A stretch of 64,000 bases of DNA from Ramazzottius varieornatus. Taxonomy: Eukaryota; Animalia; Tardigrada. The stretch lies in contig BDGG01000013.1 in the NCBI GenBank assembly GCA_001949185.1, positions 496,001 through 560,000 of the forward strand, read 5' to 3'. Numbering within the stretch: position 1 is the first letter of the stretch; each line of letters begins with the position of its first letter. The notes under the pieces were generated by a model. The model did not search any database, was not told the DNA's origin, and was given only the letters and a program-made list of their open reading frames with translations. Made by a program: the position numbers and the translations under genes. Shown here piece after piece: positions 24,098-37,212 of this stretch.

Positions 24098-25725
24098 TTA
24101 GATACCCAGGTTCCCATTTGCACCGCTTCGTATGAAATCCAAATATTTGAAGACATTGGTGTACCGGGATCCTTGTCCTGATCCACATTTCCCTACAGCC
24201 AGTCATCCAAGTCAGGAACGGAACAGAAGAAAGAGATGAGGTTTTCAGCTGTTGTTTTACAAAAGTCGTAAAGTAAATTTTATTACCAACTCCGAAGGAA
24301 ACAACTCCACTTTGGTAGTACGACTTGGTGGTCATATCAAAGCAGACAAGTGGTCCACCACTGTCCCCTACGGCAAAATTTCACCTAGATTAGCTGTATC
24401 GATATCTCGACCTCGAACTACAGTACTCGTACCGTATACAGTATAATTCTTCACAAAGATACAGCCGGACGAAAAAACTCGAGTTACCGTAACAGTTGTC
24501 AGTTCCGACGATTCCGCCCGCGCACAAAAAGTTATTGCCATCCTGTCCACCGGTATAATGGCACTTTGGTCCAAAATTCTTCAGAATCTGCTGGTAGATG
24601 AATTTCAACGGAAGAGGTACCCTGTCGTTTGACCCACTGTCACTTTCTTGGCCATATCCGCTGTTGACGCACCATTCACCGACAGATGGCTCTTTAGTGG
24701 GTAGACAGACTGGGCATGAGCACTGGGCGTTGATGTCGATGTCGCGATCGAGAATTAGCACGGCGATGTCGTTGCCGAGGGTGCCATGGTCATACTGCGG
24801 ATGGCGGATGATCTTCGCCAGGTTGAAACTCTGTCCGCAGTTCCTGGCGCCATGGGGGGAGGAAGAGCCGTTGAATGCGCTGTCCAAAGCACCGACCATC
24901 ACAATAAACGCAGTAGGAGACATTAACGCGGCTCCTCGGCTGGAAAGACCAAAGTTTTCAACACCGCAAACTCGAACGACGAGTCGCGTTAACGGGTAGA
25001 TGGAAGGTAAAGGAAACTCACAAGACTGCTGTCCCAAGTGGCGCATGCTTCCGGCCAATATTATTGAATACGTGCGTCACTTTAAAAACTGAACCAGACT
25101 AATTTTCCAATTGGCGCAGTCTACCGGCTATCACAATGAGAACGTGCGCCACTTGAGACCACGATCATGTACGTTTTGTTTGCCGATCTTCCAAATACTT
25201 CAGAGTAACGCAGTGCGCGGCTGTTAGGATCTTCCGGCTGCCGATGATACTTCCTCCGCAACGGACCAGACCAGGTACGGTCTTCATTTGAATGGACACC
25301 TGCCAGCAAAGGAAGCCACCTGTGTCGTCGTTCACGTCCATTCCGCCAACGATTCTCAAAGTGGATGACTTGGTATCCGATGCCGATGGCGCTGAAATTG
25401 ATATGACAGAGTGTCAACGGGTAAGACTAGTGGTGAATATCAAAATATCGTAGGTAGGTGAAATACTTTTGCCGCTTCCGTTTTTAGCAAGGACCTCTTT
25501 TTCCTCAAGGAGCATCTTTTGCGCGAACATGACGGTAACAGGTGGTCGCGGTGGCTCTCCCGTGGCGAACTGACTGGATAGATCGAGCGGGTCCGTTGCA
25601 TGACTGAAGCGTGGATGACCACAGAAGCTACAGTTGACCATACTAACATGAATGTTTAGGAGGATGGATAACAGGAGCAAATTCGAAATACGGCTACTGG
25701 AGATGCTCCGCGGATGACCTGCCAT
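24098..25725 (-). CDS. Secreted trypsin/chymotrypsin-like (S1A) serine protease
   Basis: RIVGG activation site, LTAAHC, NDIAVL, GDSGGPLVC, GVVSFG; catalytic triad intact. Confidence 0.9.
25035..25155. repeat. Tandem pair of palindromic elements in the serine protease intron
   Basis: Units at 25035-25083 (25-nt spacer) and 25108-25155 (24-nt spacer). Confidence 0.85.
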
Positions 25726-26317
25726 CTTGTTCTTGACCTCGGAGAGCGGTTCTGCTTAACACGAAGCGTTTGTCATATTTTAGATTTGTTTAAGACGTAG
25801 CTTCATTTCTGTGAACTTTGAATCGGGTGCGAACATCGCCAAAAGCTTGTTCGTTGTAGATCTACCGTCCTCTGACTTATAGCTATTTGTCAAAAAACTT
25901 ATAAGTGTCGAGTACCCATCCGATAATCCAAAAATTACCAAAAATAGAAGCGGAACCGTTCGCCGCGAAGAAATTCTTAATCTTCAACACAAAAGTCAAC
26001 GCGCAAACTGTGATTTTTACAGCATTGGAGTGGACAAAGAAATTGACACGTAGCAGAAGCACCGGACACGATACTCGTATTTGTAACGTGACGCAAGTCC
26101 AAAGTCCAACTTACTGTCACGCTGTTCGCGTTGATTGTCTTGGTTACTTGATGCTTGACCAAACATCATAAAAAGTTGAAAACCACTTCCATCGTTGAAC
26201 CGGAACGACTTTGATTCGTTCATTTCGGTGTCCATTTTCCGAGCGGCTAACGGGATTTACCAGTCATCTACCATAACATACTTTCTGATCCTTGTTGCAC
26301 GACCGTAGAGGAAGAAC

Positions 26318-27324
26318 ATGGCGCCGAAAGGAATTACAGGAGTCACCGTTAACACGTTGCTGACGGAAATTTTGCCAGCGTAAGTCCATCTGCTTCGTTC
26401 TGCTGACTTGTACTACTGGTCAGTTGATTCTGGTTGCACACTGACCAGCGGCTGCTGTGTCTTCTTTAGGATAGTTGTACCGATCGCTCTGGGATGGCTG
26501 ACCAACAGCGCTACGAGGAATGAACTCCAAACGTGGTACAGGGTAAGAATGGCTTGCCGAATAAAACTCTGTGAAATGCGCTTGTCTGCGTGAACCTGCA
26601 TACTCTCGGGGCTCTGTGTGAAACGAAGGCGACAGTATCCAGGTGCAGGTCAGTCGGCGCATGTCTGTTATGCTTCCTCACTGACAATCATTTTGTTCCA
26701 GAATCTGAAAAAGCCTTCATGGACACCTCCGGATAGCGCTTTTCCCATCGTCTGGACCATCCTGTATGCAATGATGGGTTACGCGTCTTGGCTGATCTAC
26801 CAGTCCGGTCCGATGAGCGTCATTCGCTTCCCACTGATCATGTACGCTGTCCAGCTTCTACTGAACATCAGCTGGTCACCCATCTTCTGGAAAGCTCATG
26901 CCAAGAACATGGTATGAACAGCAGTCTCTCGATTGGATATGATATTCTGATATTTCGAACTTCGAAGCCCAGCAACCGACACTCGTTAAGACCGTTTCCC
27001 AAGTAGCGCACGTTTTCAGTGCTGTCGACTGGGAGCGTGCGCCACTTGGAAAAATGGTCTCGTCAAGTTTGTCCAGGCCCACTTAGTTTTAAGTTGCAAC
27101 TGTAAGGCTGGTTGTAGGCTCTGTACGAGATTTGTGCTCTGTGGGTGGCCATCGCTTCGTGCATCATCATCTTCTACCCGTTGAACAAGGTGGCTTCCTA
27201 CCTGATGATGCCGTACCTGGCCTGGGTGACGCTGGCTACTGCTCTGAACTATCGCATCGCCAAGGATAATCCACGAAAAGGAAGAACTTCACCTGCAGGT
27301 CGCATCAACAGCAAGCTGACCTAG
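26318..27324 (+). CDS. TSPO: Translocator protein (TspO/MBR family)
   Basis: [61 protein letters not shown]. Confidence 0.92.
27000..27048. repeat. Palindromic element in the TSPO intron
   Basis: CAAGTAGCGCAC-N25-GTGCGCCACTTG. Confidence 0.9.
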
Positions 27325-27658
27325 CCTGACAAAAGTTTTGGGTAGGCTGATGATAACCATAGGCCTGAGTATTTTGTGTGCATTCTTCCATGGTGAATTC
27401 CACCTTGATCCATTCTAGCACCTCTTTGCTACTATGTGATTTTTGACAGCGGAAATGTCCACCTTTTTTACCCATTTATGTTGATGTTTTAACAGAATAA
27501 AAATCAAACCCAGGACCATCGCAGTGAACCACGAAAATAATCACCATTTTCGAACAAAATTGGACAGTAGAAGATAGAAACGATTCGCTCACATCAGGAA
27601 GAAAGACGAAAGAAGAGAAACGATATCACAGTTTGTTTAATTTCACAGGAAGAAAAAT

Positions 27659-29891
27659 TCATGAGGGCTTCTCGTTGCCGCACGTTCGGGAAGTTTCCCC
27701 TCCGTGCCTCCGAGATGTCGGGTGAGTGCTGGGTTTGCAGAGAAGCGCCGCTCTCCATCACAGGCAGCAAGAACAGAGGTTTCTTTAGGTAAGGAGACAG
27801 AGACGGTCAGTAGTCAGTTTTTCCCCTCAAGCGAGACTGATGTCTGACCTATCCGTGTGGGACATCAGGGATTTAACGAAAGCCAAACATCCCCAGGATC
27901 GCGAACCTGCAAACAAAGTTTGAGTTAGCTTCCCGCGGTCCCGGATTCTTCCTTTCTTCCACTCTGAAGACCTTCTAATAAAATTTGACATTTATGAATA
28001 AAGGTACTAAGCTTTCGGTGGGCTTTTCGCACGGGCTTACTTTGCTCAGCTTACTTTTGGCCGGAGGTTTATCCTTGCCCTGATCAAGCGGCGCAGAGGC
28101 ACTTGGTTCCACCTTCCCCACTTCCCCTTTGCCTCTCGACTGAACCGAAGGCGGCACCACGTCGCTCCTTTCATTGTGTTTCGAGACGGAAAAGGCTCCT
28201 GAAGGTATCCTGCTCGTCGGTGGTGTCATTGTGACTTCCCCTCTGGGCGTATCCACATAGTCTCCACGTCCATCCGCTTTCCTGTCAGGAGACTGCACAG
28301 GCTGCAACTGAAGCCTTCCCTGTGCAATGTCGTTTTTCAACCTAGCCTGCTTCTTCTCGCGTTCTTTCTTGTCGTAGCCAAAGTCCAGGTTGACGTTCTT
28401 CTGCAGCCAGTCGAACGGAGAAGCCATACCGGAAGAAGAGTCGGTGGTCTCGTTAAGGACCTTCTGAAAGAGGGAACGGAAGAGGTTGTAGTTGGGCAGT
28501 TGATCGTAGGCCAGCTGGCGGGAGGCTTTGAGGGAACGACAGAAGGCGTCGGGCAGGTCCTGGCAAAGGTCTTCAGGGGAGATACTGCCTTTCTTGATAC
28601 CGATACGTTTAATCCGGTCGATGGTACTGCCATCGTGGATACCCTGCCAGGGAAGCTTTCCTGCGGGAAAAAAACAACGTTGGTCAATTGCTCCCTCGAC
28701 AGTCTACAGGGGGAGAATCGAACTCCTCTAAGCATATATACAGTAGCATGACAGAAAAAGAAAACAGTGCAACCACCCACGATCATGAAAATGACAAAGG
28801 ATTAATTTTTCGGTATCGTTACAATGTCCAATCGAGGATTAGGATGGCCACGGAGAATCGAAACATCCAGATTGCTACGTTATACTGTATCTGTGAGTGA
28901 TGAAGGGGGGAAAGGCTGTGATTTAATGGCGGCGTAACGCTTCAGACCCTTCAAAAGTCAAAATCTACGTGTTGGGGCTCTTACCTTTGGCGAAATAAAT
29001 GAACAACAAGCTGAGAGATTCCAGGTCATCGCGATAACTGGGCTGTTTGCCCATGTGAGTCCTCAAGCTCATGTAGCGCGGTGTTCCAGCTGGCGACCTT
29101 CGTTCATACGGGTCCGGAGTCCATTCCCTGGCCAGGCCCAAATCCACCACATGTATCACGTTCTGCGTTCGACTACCCGGAAAGCCAATCAAGAAATTCT
29201 CCCCCTTGACATCCCTGTACAATATCCGCTCCGAGTGCAACACCTCAAACCTGTCCATCAACTGCAGGGCGATCATGGCGATACACGGTATGGAAAACTT
29301 CTTTCCGCACCGCTCAAACAACTCTTGCAGATTTGGGCCCAGTAACTGCATGACCAGCGCTCTGTAGGGCCCGAGGTTGGCCAGGGCTAAAATGTTGGGA
29401 AATCCACCGGAATTTCGTTGCAACTTCCTCAGTAACTTGTACTCTCGGTCCAAACACGGACTAGTGCCGTATTTGTTCAGTTTCTCCAGCTTGATGGCCA
29501 CATGATCCAAAGCCTTACTTCCATGAGGCCTCCTGTCAGCGATCTGCTGGCTGAGCTGGCCAATACGAATAGTGCCGAAACTGCCTCGGCCGATGACAGC
29601 ACCACAAGTGTATGAACCAGCTACAGTGAGACCGCGCAACGAAGATTTCTCCCAGTCGCGAAATTCTTTGCTCAAGGAGGAATGCCGAGCTTCCATCATT
29701 TCAGCAGTGGTGAGCTTTGGCTGGGAAAGCGGCCATTGATGAGAGGTGCGGCCTTGGGGATGCCAGTTGGGGTTGAGGGGAGAATAGGGGTCTTCGTCAG
29801 TCGAGGAAGTAGCGGTGAAGTGACCACTGGTCGTCTGATCGGCAGTGTCTCCTTCGAAACTTACGTGGTTGGCGTGGGAGTAAGCCTGCAT
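27659..29891 (-). CDS. Casein kinase 1 family Ser/Thr kinase (divergent)
   Basis: IGRGSFG, VAIKLE, LVMQLLGPNLQELF, YRDVKGENFL, DLGLAR, GTPRYMS, SYRDDLESL, LPWQG, PNYN. The 3' end is approximate. Confidence 0.88.
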
Positions 29892-30332
29892 AACGATCCA
29901 ACAGGGACAAGAGGAAGCACACGGCTAGACGGGCTGGTTGAACCCGGCGACAACATTGGTGATCCGATCAACTGGAACTTTTAGAGGGTGAATCATATAT
30001 GAATTTGCCGTCCTATCTCATCATCGAATGTTATCCTTGATCAACCCGGCGCGGCACCGTTTCGACACTTTGTTACTTATAGTTCAGGGGTCGTTTAGAG
30101 GTTGAAGGCCTATGTCCAGCCTCTGGACATTGCTAGGGAAAGTGCCCATGACTGCTGTGCGTATATATGCTGTACAAAGCCGAAATTGAATGGAACAAAA
30201 AACTTTTCAACGGATGTACTGGGTTTGCGAAACTCAAGGCACTTTTTTGACGCACTCGTAATTATGGTTGCACTTCAGCCTTGTCTCACGTTCTAAATCT
30301 CTTGGGCGAATTTGACTGTAGAAGATTCTTTT

Positions 30333-30381
30333 CAAGTGGCGCACACTTCCAGCCAATAACACCGAGAACATGCGCCAATGG
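30333..30381. repeat. Palindromic element (intergenic)
   Basis: CAAGTGGCGCAC-ACTTCCAGCCAATAACACCGAGAAC-ATGCGCCAATGG. Confidence 0.85.
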
Positions 30382-30933
30382 AGAAAGCAAATTCTGTGCG
30401 TTTCATTTGCCGCCTTCTAAATGATTTCTCAAAAGTTTCGGCCAAAGTCTTGTTTGGTAACAAAGCGACTCTTATGTAAATGTAGATTAGCTACGGGTAA
30501 AACTAGCTCTTGAGGTCAACTGGTTATATTTGTCTTGAGATTAGCGCTATGGTCGTCTTACGCTCTTGTTTATTTTGAGTGGTATCTGTGCCTTCGGTTT
30601 CAGAGAGAGCACAGTGTAGCTCAAAGCCAAGGCAAAAGGACTTCCGAACCGCTACTGTACAGTACCATTGACAAAGTCGATGGAGGTTGCTCATTATTTA
30701 AATTTGTACTACGTCTCGTTTACTCTTCAGCAGTAACAAGTTTAGCCGGCTGCGCAATGTTGCCAGTCCATCTCTTTTTACACTACACACGATAACAACT
30801 ACTGATAAAGCCTCAACCACACGCGCCATTCTTGGGTCTACGTCCACCGCTTAAGATGAACTTGAACTTCTGAACACCGCAATTTATATCCAGTCCGTCG
30901 AATATTCGGGATCATCTTTTATTATCTCGACAA

Positions 30934-33168
30934 ATGTCGTCGTTAGGTTTGTTGAGAACAGCAGGTGCCAGTCGTTTCACGATCTCCTTCGTATCCGCCT
31001 GTCTACTGTTTTATCTTCTTGGAACCCTACAATCCAGAATTGCTATTGTTTATCACTGTATCGAGATTCTTGGACAGTGTCTTTTGTCTGCCATTCTGTC
31101 TGGAGCAGTCGTCTCTTACTTGACCTACTATTCCAACTTAAAACTGAAAAGTTTGAAGGTTGATCCAACCGGTAAAGCTGTACTCATCACGGGATGTGAT
31201 TCCGGGTTTGGGTAAGTTCCCATCCCTCATTACAAGGTCCAACAGTGGTCACCCAGATCTTTATCTCAAGTGGCGCACGCATTCGTTGCTATTGCCTGAG
31301 AGCGTGCGCGACTTGCGCGAACGATCTGGCTCAGTTCATTTGCTGAGCGCCCAAATGACGGGCTTGTCCATGTACGCAGGTTCGAGACGGCGCTGCGGTT
31401 GTACTGCGGTGGTTTCCATGTGTTTGCCGGATGTTTGGACAGCGAGATCAACGGAGGTGCAACTCTGGCCAAGGTCGACGGTTCGCAGCGTCTTGTTCCA
31501 CTTACGCTGGACGTGACGAACCAGGAGCACGTGAACAAAGCTCTGGAAACTGTCACTTCCGGGTTGGCAACCCACAACTTGGGTCAGTATAATATTTCAT
31601 CTTCCTACGCATAGCCACGCATACTAGCCGCATTTTGACATTTCGTTTTCCAGAACTTTGGGCTATCATCAACAATGCCGGTGTAGTCACATTTTGTGAA
31701 CTGGAGCTTTGCAGCCTCGACACCGTTTCCGTAAGTGAATCGAAGGACAACCGGAGAATGTTTTCTTCGCGATTATCTGGGACAGAAAAATTAATCGCCA
31801 CGAATCGTTTATCACGACGATATAGAACCTCTTTGAACTTCATAAATTTCTAAATTGGGCTGCATTGGCTCGCTGCCTTACTTTTACTGACGTTGACGTA
31901 ATGTGAGAAACCACACATGACGCAAAAGCATGCAAAGTAGGCATCGAAGATGACAAGTTGATCGTACGTCGATCGCCTCTTGTCACTTTGTTGAAACAGT
32001 TGCTCCCAATCATCTTCCGTCAACTTCGATGAGTTATTGGCTCATCTCACTAACTCGCCCATGCCACTCAATCTTTCAGTGGACCGACCTCACCCACTTT
32101 CCAAATTACAGCAGTTCGAGATCACTATAGTTAACCCGCGCATTGCTTTCATTCACATATCTGTTTCAGAAAATACTGGAAGTCAACACGTTGGGCGCCA
32201 TTCGCGTAACGCAAAAGTTCCTGCCGCTCCTTCGGCAATCACAAGGTCGCCTCATCATGATCTCTAGTTTGGCAGGCAAGCTGGCATACCCCGGCCTCAT
32301 CGCTTACTGTATGAGCAAACACGCTCTGGTGGCCCTCGCTGATGGACTGCGCCAAGAGCTGAAGAAATGGAACATTTCCGGTACGCGTACTCTACTACAA
32401 CCTGGATTCTTGTTCATGTTGGACCAGTTTTGCCTTTCTAGTGTCGACCATACTGTGTACGGGCTACCGAACTCGCATGCTGGACCCAGCCAAGCTGCTG
32501 CGCGAGATGGAAGCTCACTGGAGGTCGGCGCCGGAAGATGTTCGAGCAGTATATGGAGAAGGCTACTTCCGCTCATTCTCCACCAAGTGTATACAGCGCC
32601 TAGCCAACCTCTCGGGTGAAGTGGGTGAGGCAGTGGATGTCATTGTGACGGCGACGGAGAGCATCTACCCCAAAGACAACTACTACTCCTGTATGAAGGG
32701 TCAGCTGCGAGCTTTGGCCCGCTTTCTGCCCACCTCAGGGCAGGATCCCTACATGATGATCTTTGAGTCTTTCCAGCCGTTATTGTCACTGTTCCGCAAG
32801 GAGACGAAACCCAATCCTGACTTGATGCTCGAGCATCTGCTGGAGCCGGCAAAGAGGATGGCGGCTCAGCGATCCATCTCGATCGAAAACCCACTGGTAC
32901 TCGTCATCCGCTTTGTTACATATATCTTCTCCTCTGGCCTTCACGTAATATCTCTGTTCGATTTCAGGAAAACCATGATCAGGAGCCCATTGAATCGTCA
33001 AACAGAGCCGAGACCGAAGCCGACGATCAGGAGAAGAAGGGAAGCGAGGGTGAACAAGAGATTGATGTTAATGGTGACGTACAGGGGCAGTCGGTACCTG
33101 GCATACCGGAAGTTACCGGTATTGAAGAGGAAATCTCCGACGTTTTTGCGGGAAGAACAGAGGACTGA
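30934..33168 (+). CDS. Short-chain dehydrogenase/reductase (BDH1/retinol/17-beta-HSD-like)
   Basis: AVLITGCDSGFG, VFAGCL, LWAIINNAG, LEVNTLG, YCMSK catalytic motif. Confidence 0.9.
31267..31315. repeat. Palindromic element in the SDR intron
   Basis: CAAGTGGCGCAC-N25-GTGCGCGACTTG. Confidence 0.9.
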
Positions 33169-34591
33169 GCACACTGCATTTTGGTTTCTTAATTTTGTTG
33201 TACAGTAGTATTAGTGGAATACGTACCCCTTTGTAATAACTTTTCACACTTCGCACAACAAGCCGCTCAGCTCGTCATCGTGTTCAGCCAGAGAAGGCGC
33301 AGTCCTGCCGGTTTATTATTTGGACTCTGTCTTTAGCTGGTTTCCGTTGGGATCACCGATAACCAGACCGTAATTCAAACTAAAAAAAACGGGGAAAGCC
33401 CATACCTAAAGCCGGGAAGGGGTGCATTTCCTACGAAGGAAAGACACCCCTTCCAACTCTTCCATTCAGTCTTTTTTTGGCTGCCCATCGGAAATGCCGA
33501 TTGCAATCGGATATGCCGATTATGAAACCGCAATTTTGATTGAAATTGAAGGAGTTTAATTTTGGTTAACGTGGGCAGACCACTGCTTTCCCATCCCACT
33601 ACACCTTCCTTCCTTTTCCCGCTTGGCCAAGCTCCATGCTGGCTCATTTTCTTACGCTCCATTCGGTTTCCGCACTGGATATCGGGTTCCTTAACTGTAC
33701 ATTCATCCTCTGTGATCAAGACAACCCGCATTCCTCTCGATATGCTTCGTGCCGATGGGCAAACTTCGTTTGGTACACGTACGAAGGGAAAGTTTGTGAA
33801 CAGTAAAACGTTTGGAACACACGCCTGATTGACCTGTGTAGTGCCGTATGGATCGACTGTAATACTGCTCCTGCAGTGGGCAACGCATCTTCGAGATTTT
33901 CTATGGTGCCAGGAAGGGGTCATTTGCCTTCCTCCCAATACTCTGTCATGAGCCAAGAGTCTCAGCCAATATGTAAAAGCTTTGACTTCGGGATCGGCGA
34001 ATGACATGGTCCGGATGCGTTAAGATATCTATCCTCTCTACACAAACGAAAGCGCGCAGCGAGCTGCATGTCCGGTGCAATTCTCATGTTTTTTAATCCC
34101 AACATCTAACCAAATCGCTCACCAACTACAGTACAGTGTTACACGAAAATACTGTAAAACTTCTGTTCCGTACGAATCTGCTTTAGGGAATATCAGCAAA
34201 TGCCAGCCTCGACAGTGGAACTCTCAACCCAAGTTTCTGGTTAGGAACCAGCAGAGATACTGAAAAACGAAAACAGCGATTGAAGAAGAAAGAAGCGTAG
34301 AGAACCGACTGTTTTGCCGGTAGCGACAGGTCTGCCCGAGCCCCTACACAAGGCAGGACTGTCAATATCATTTGAACTAACGGACAAATGATGGGGACGA
34401 TCGGTGAATGCATCATTACGGTAATACTACTGCAGCATTCGTCGGGAACTTTACAGAACTTGGAGGCTTCGTACTACATTCTTCCGCCGTTACGCCTGCC
34501 GTTAGTTTCATCGTCTTAAGCTCGGTGCCAGCCCAGGTACTGTATTACAGTTATCGGTCAAACAGCGACACGACAACAACGCCATACACCA

Positions 34592-36275
34592 CTAGAGCAG
34601 CGAAACTGCCACTTGATCCGTAACGTACGTACACTTTGGGTTCAATTCAGCCGGCAAACGGCGTACTTTCGTTAGTTTCCGAACGGAAAATTTGCCGCAA
34701 GAGCAGCAGGTGCTGCAGATCCGGGGATCGCAACTAGCTCTTAACCGGAAGCTATCGTAACTATTGACGTGTCGAACTCTGTCCCGGAAAGGCTGATCAG
34801 TCAGCCGAGCTTTCTTCTGGGCAATCCGACAAAAGAGGCTTCGCAAATGGTCCATCGTCAGGTTGAAGACGGCGTAGATAATGGGGTTGACGCAGCTGGA
34901 GAACCATGCGGTACATTGCGAGATCAGGATGACGGCGTACGGCACGCTGTCCTTGAGGCGGTAATCGGTCCAGACGTTTAACAAATTAACGCTGAAATAC
35001 GGCGTCCAGCAGAAGATATGAGCCAACAGGACCAGGACGGTCAGTTTGATGGCCCGTAGCTTAATTCGGCCGACGATTCTGGACCTTCTATCCGCAGAAG
35101 GCTGCTGGAGAGGGCTGGCTACTCCCAAGGGCAAGCAGGCAACGTCGACCGTGGTGGCAATCTTGACGCCGCTTATGGTCACAGCGCACAGGGGAGCCAC
35201 AAAGACACACAGGGCTAGCCAGGTGACGTTGAGCTTCCGTTGCCAGCTGGCGGAATATCCGTGGCTTCGGCAAGCCAGTATTACCTGTCCGTTACTGACC
35301 ACCCCGGTGTCCACCTGCCAAAATTCAAGCTGCTGGCCATGGTCTCGGTGTTGGACCAATTCAACTTAAATCGAAATCGATCGTTAAAAAAACATTCATG
35401 AGGTTGTATCGAATAATTCGGGAGGCCGACCAACGAAACGTACACGACCGATATCCTAAGTGGCGCATTCTTCCAGCGAATAATATGTGCAAACTGCAAA
35501 AATTCGCTGCGTCCGCCCATCCCTTCATCGTTGACGTAAAGTACAGCCCCGGTCCGCCTTTACTACCTGTCTAACCTCCCCCCTCTTACGGGGTGCATCG
35601 TTACGTACCTCTGCGTACTGCGAGGACGCAGCGAATTTTTACAGATAATTATGAGATCGTGCGCCACTTGGAATGACGATCTTGTACGTATCGTTTGCCG
35701 GCCTGCCATTCCATGTGGTACCTGAAGAAATATGAAAATTTGCGGAATGGAGACAATTGCCGCTAGGCAAAATGAAACGAGGACCATCAAGCGATTGCGC
35801 TGTGTGGACCGAGATAGCGACATTGGTCGGCAGATGGCTTGATAGCAGTCGTGGCTCATGCTGACCAGCACGAAGGCCTTCCCGACAAACAGGAAGCATT
35901 GCGTGTATGTTGACACCTTGCACGTGATGTTCCCGTACGGTCCTCTGCCAAGAACGTCCCAGTGTAGTTCTGCCGAGATACTCAAGACCGCTGTTATTAT
36001 GTCTCCTGGTAAAAAGAAGGTGATTGCGCAGCCCCAGTTATGAATTAAATTACAGTAATACAGTATAATTCACCTATAGCCAATGACGTAACATAAACGG
36101 AGACAGGCCGATGATGATGTCCGCTTGAACAGTGTATAATGAAGAGGACCAAAGAGTTGCCAATTAATGCAAATATCATGGTGCCAATCATAAGAACAAT
36201 AAAGGCCGTAGACTGATAGATGCTAACGGAAGTAACATGCGTCGACGACAGGTTTTTGATCACATGTCCATCCAT
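34592..36275 (-). CDS. Class A neuropeptide GPCR (vasopressin/CCAP/GnRH-receptor-like)
   Basis: GNSLV TM1, SLAIGD TM2, CK TM3, D-C-Y-QAIC, SIPQIFIF TM4, CWTPYF TM6, SCVNPIIY TM7. Confidence 0.85.
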
Positions 36276-36876
36276 GTTGAAAGCCGGTGGAGTGACCTTC
36301 ACAACAGCGATCGCGCGCTGAAGAACTGAAGAGAAGCGGTGCTTTTAATGCTATGGATGCGGAAAGAACTCAACAGAGGATCCAACGTCAACAAGGAGGA
36401 TGCTGTGATTGGTAGAATTAGTCGATGATCATGACCAACAAGAGGGATTGCACCGTACCGTAACTTCCCGTTTTACTAAGAAGCTAGTATGTTTAGATCC
36501 TAGCGGTTCGAGTATTTGCTGCACGCCATCCGGAAGATGGTAGATGATTACCGGTTCTCCGCCCGGACTTCAGCTGCTTCGTCATACGAATGGGATAGTT
36601 CCACAGTCCGTACTGTCGAAGGGCCTACCTTGGATCTGAACGTCACATCGATAAACTTCCGGCAAGGGTATTCCGAACCAGAAACCCGAGTCTCCTGTTT
36701 GCACCCCGCCCGCGCACGGTTTCCACTGAATATCGCTGCCCTGACGGAATGGCGTGTTCTCCCAAGTACCATAAATATTGACAGCTTCATAACAGACACT
36801 TTCTCCGAAATGCACTAGGTCCTCTCAGTGAATATGTTGCAAGCTAAGAAGGAACCCTGCTCAAATAAGTACGGTA

Positions 36877-37212
36877 CAAGGTACAGGACATAATTCGGGC
36901 ATACCGTTTTTCACATCATAATTGGGGCAGCGCAAAACGTTTGAGCATTATCGTCGACACTTGATTGATTCCTCATCGTACGCTGGTTGATACAACTTTA
37001 GGCTGTTTGACATTGCACAGACCCGTCTCCCAAGACAAATTCCTCTGAGCTTCGATGTTTTGTGGTTCTTCAACCTATCAATACTATGAAAAGAGAGATT
37101 GATCTACCTCGGGAAGCAAGAAACAGGTGATGACTCGCTACAGGAGCTGAGAAAAAATATACCCGAATTATGGTGCGAAAACCGCTATGCCCGAATTATG
37201 TCCTGTACCTCG
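36877..37212. mobile_element. TA-flanked MITE (Tc1/mariner-like), same family as 14856-15166
   Basis: TIR C(A/G)AGGTACAGGACATAATTCGGGCATA..., flanked by TA. Confidence 0.85.

Noticed and set aside
33375-34007. 210-aa ORF
   Set aside because: No recognisable motif, atypical composition, no supporting splice structure.
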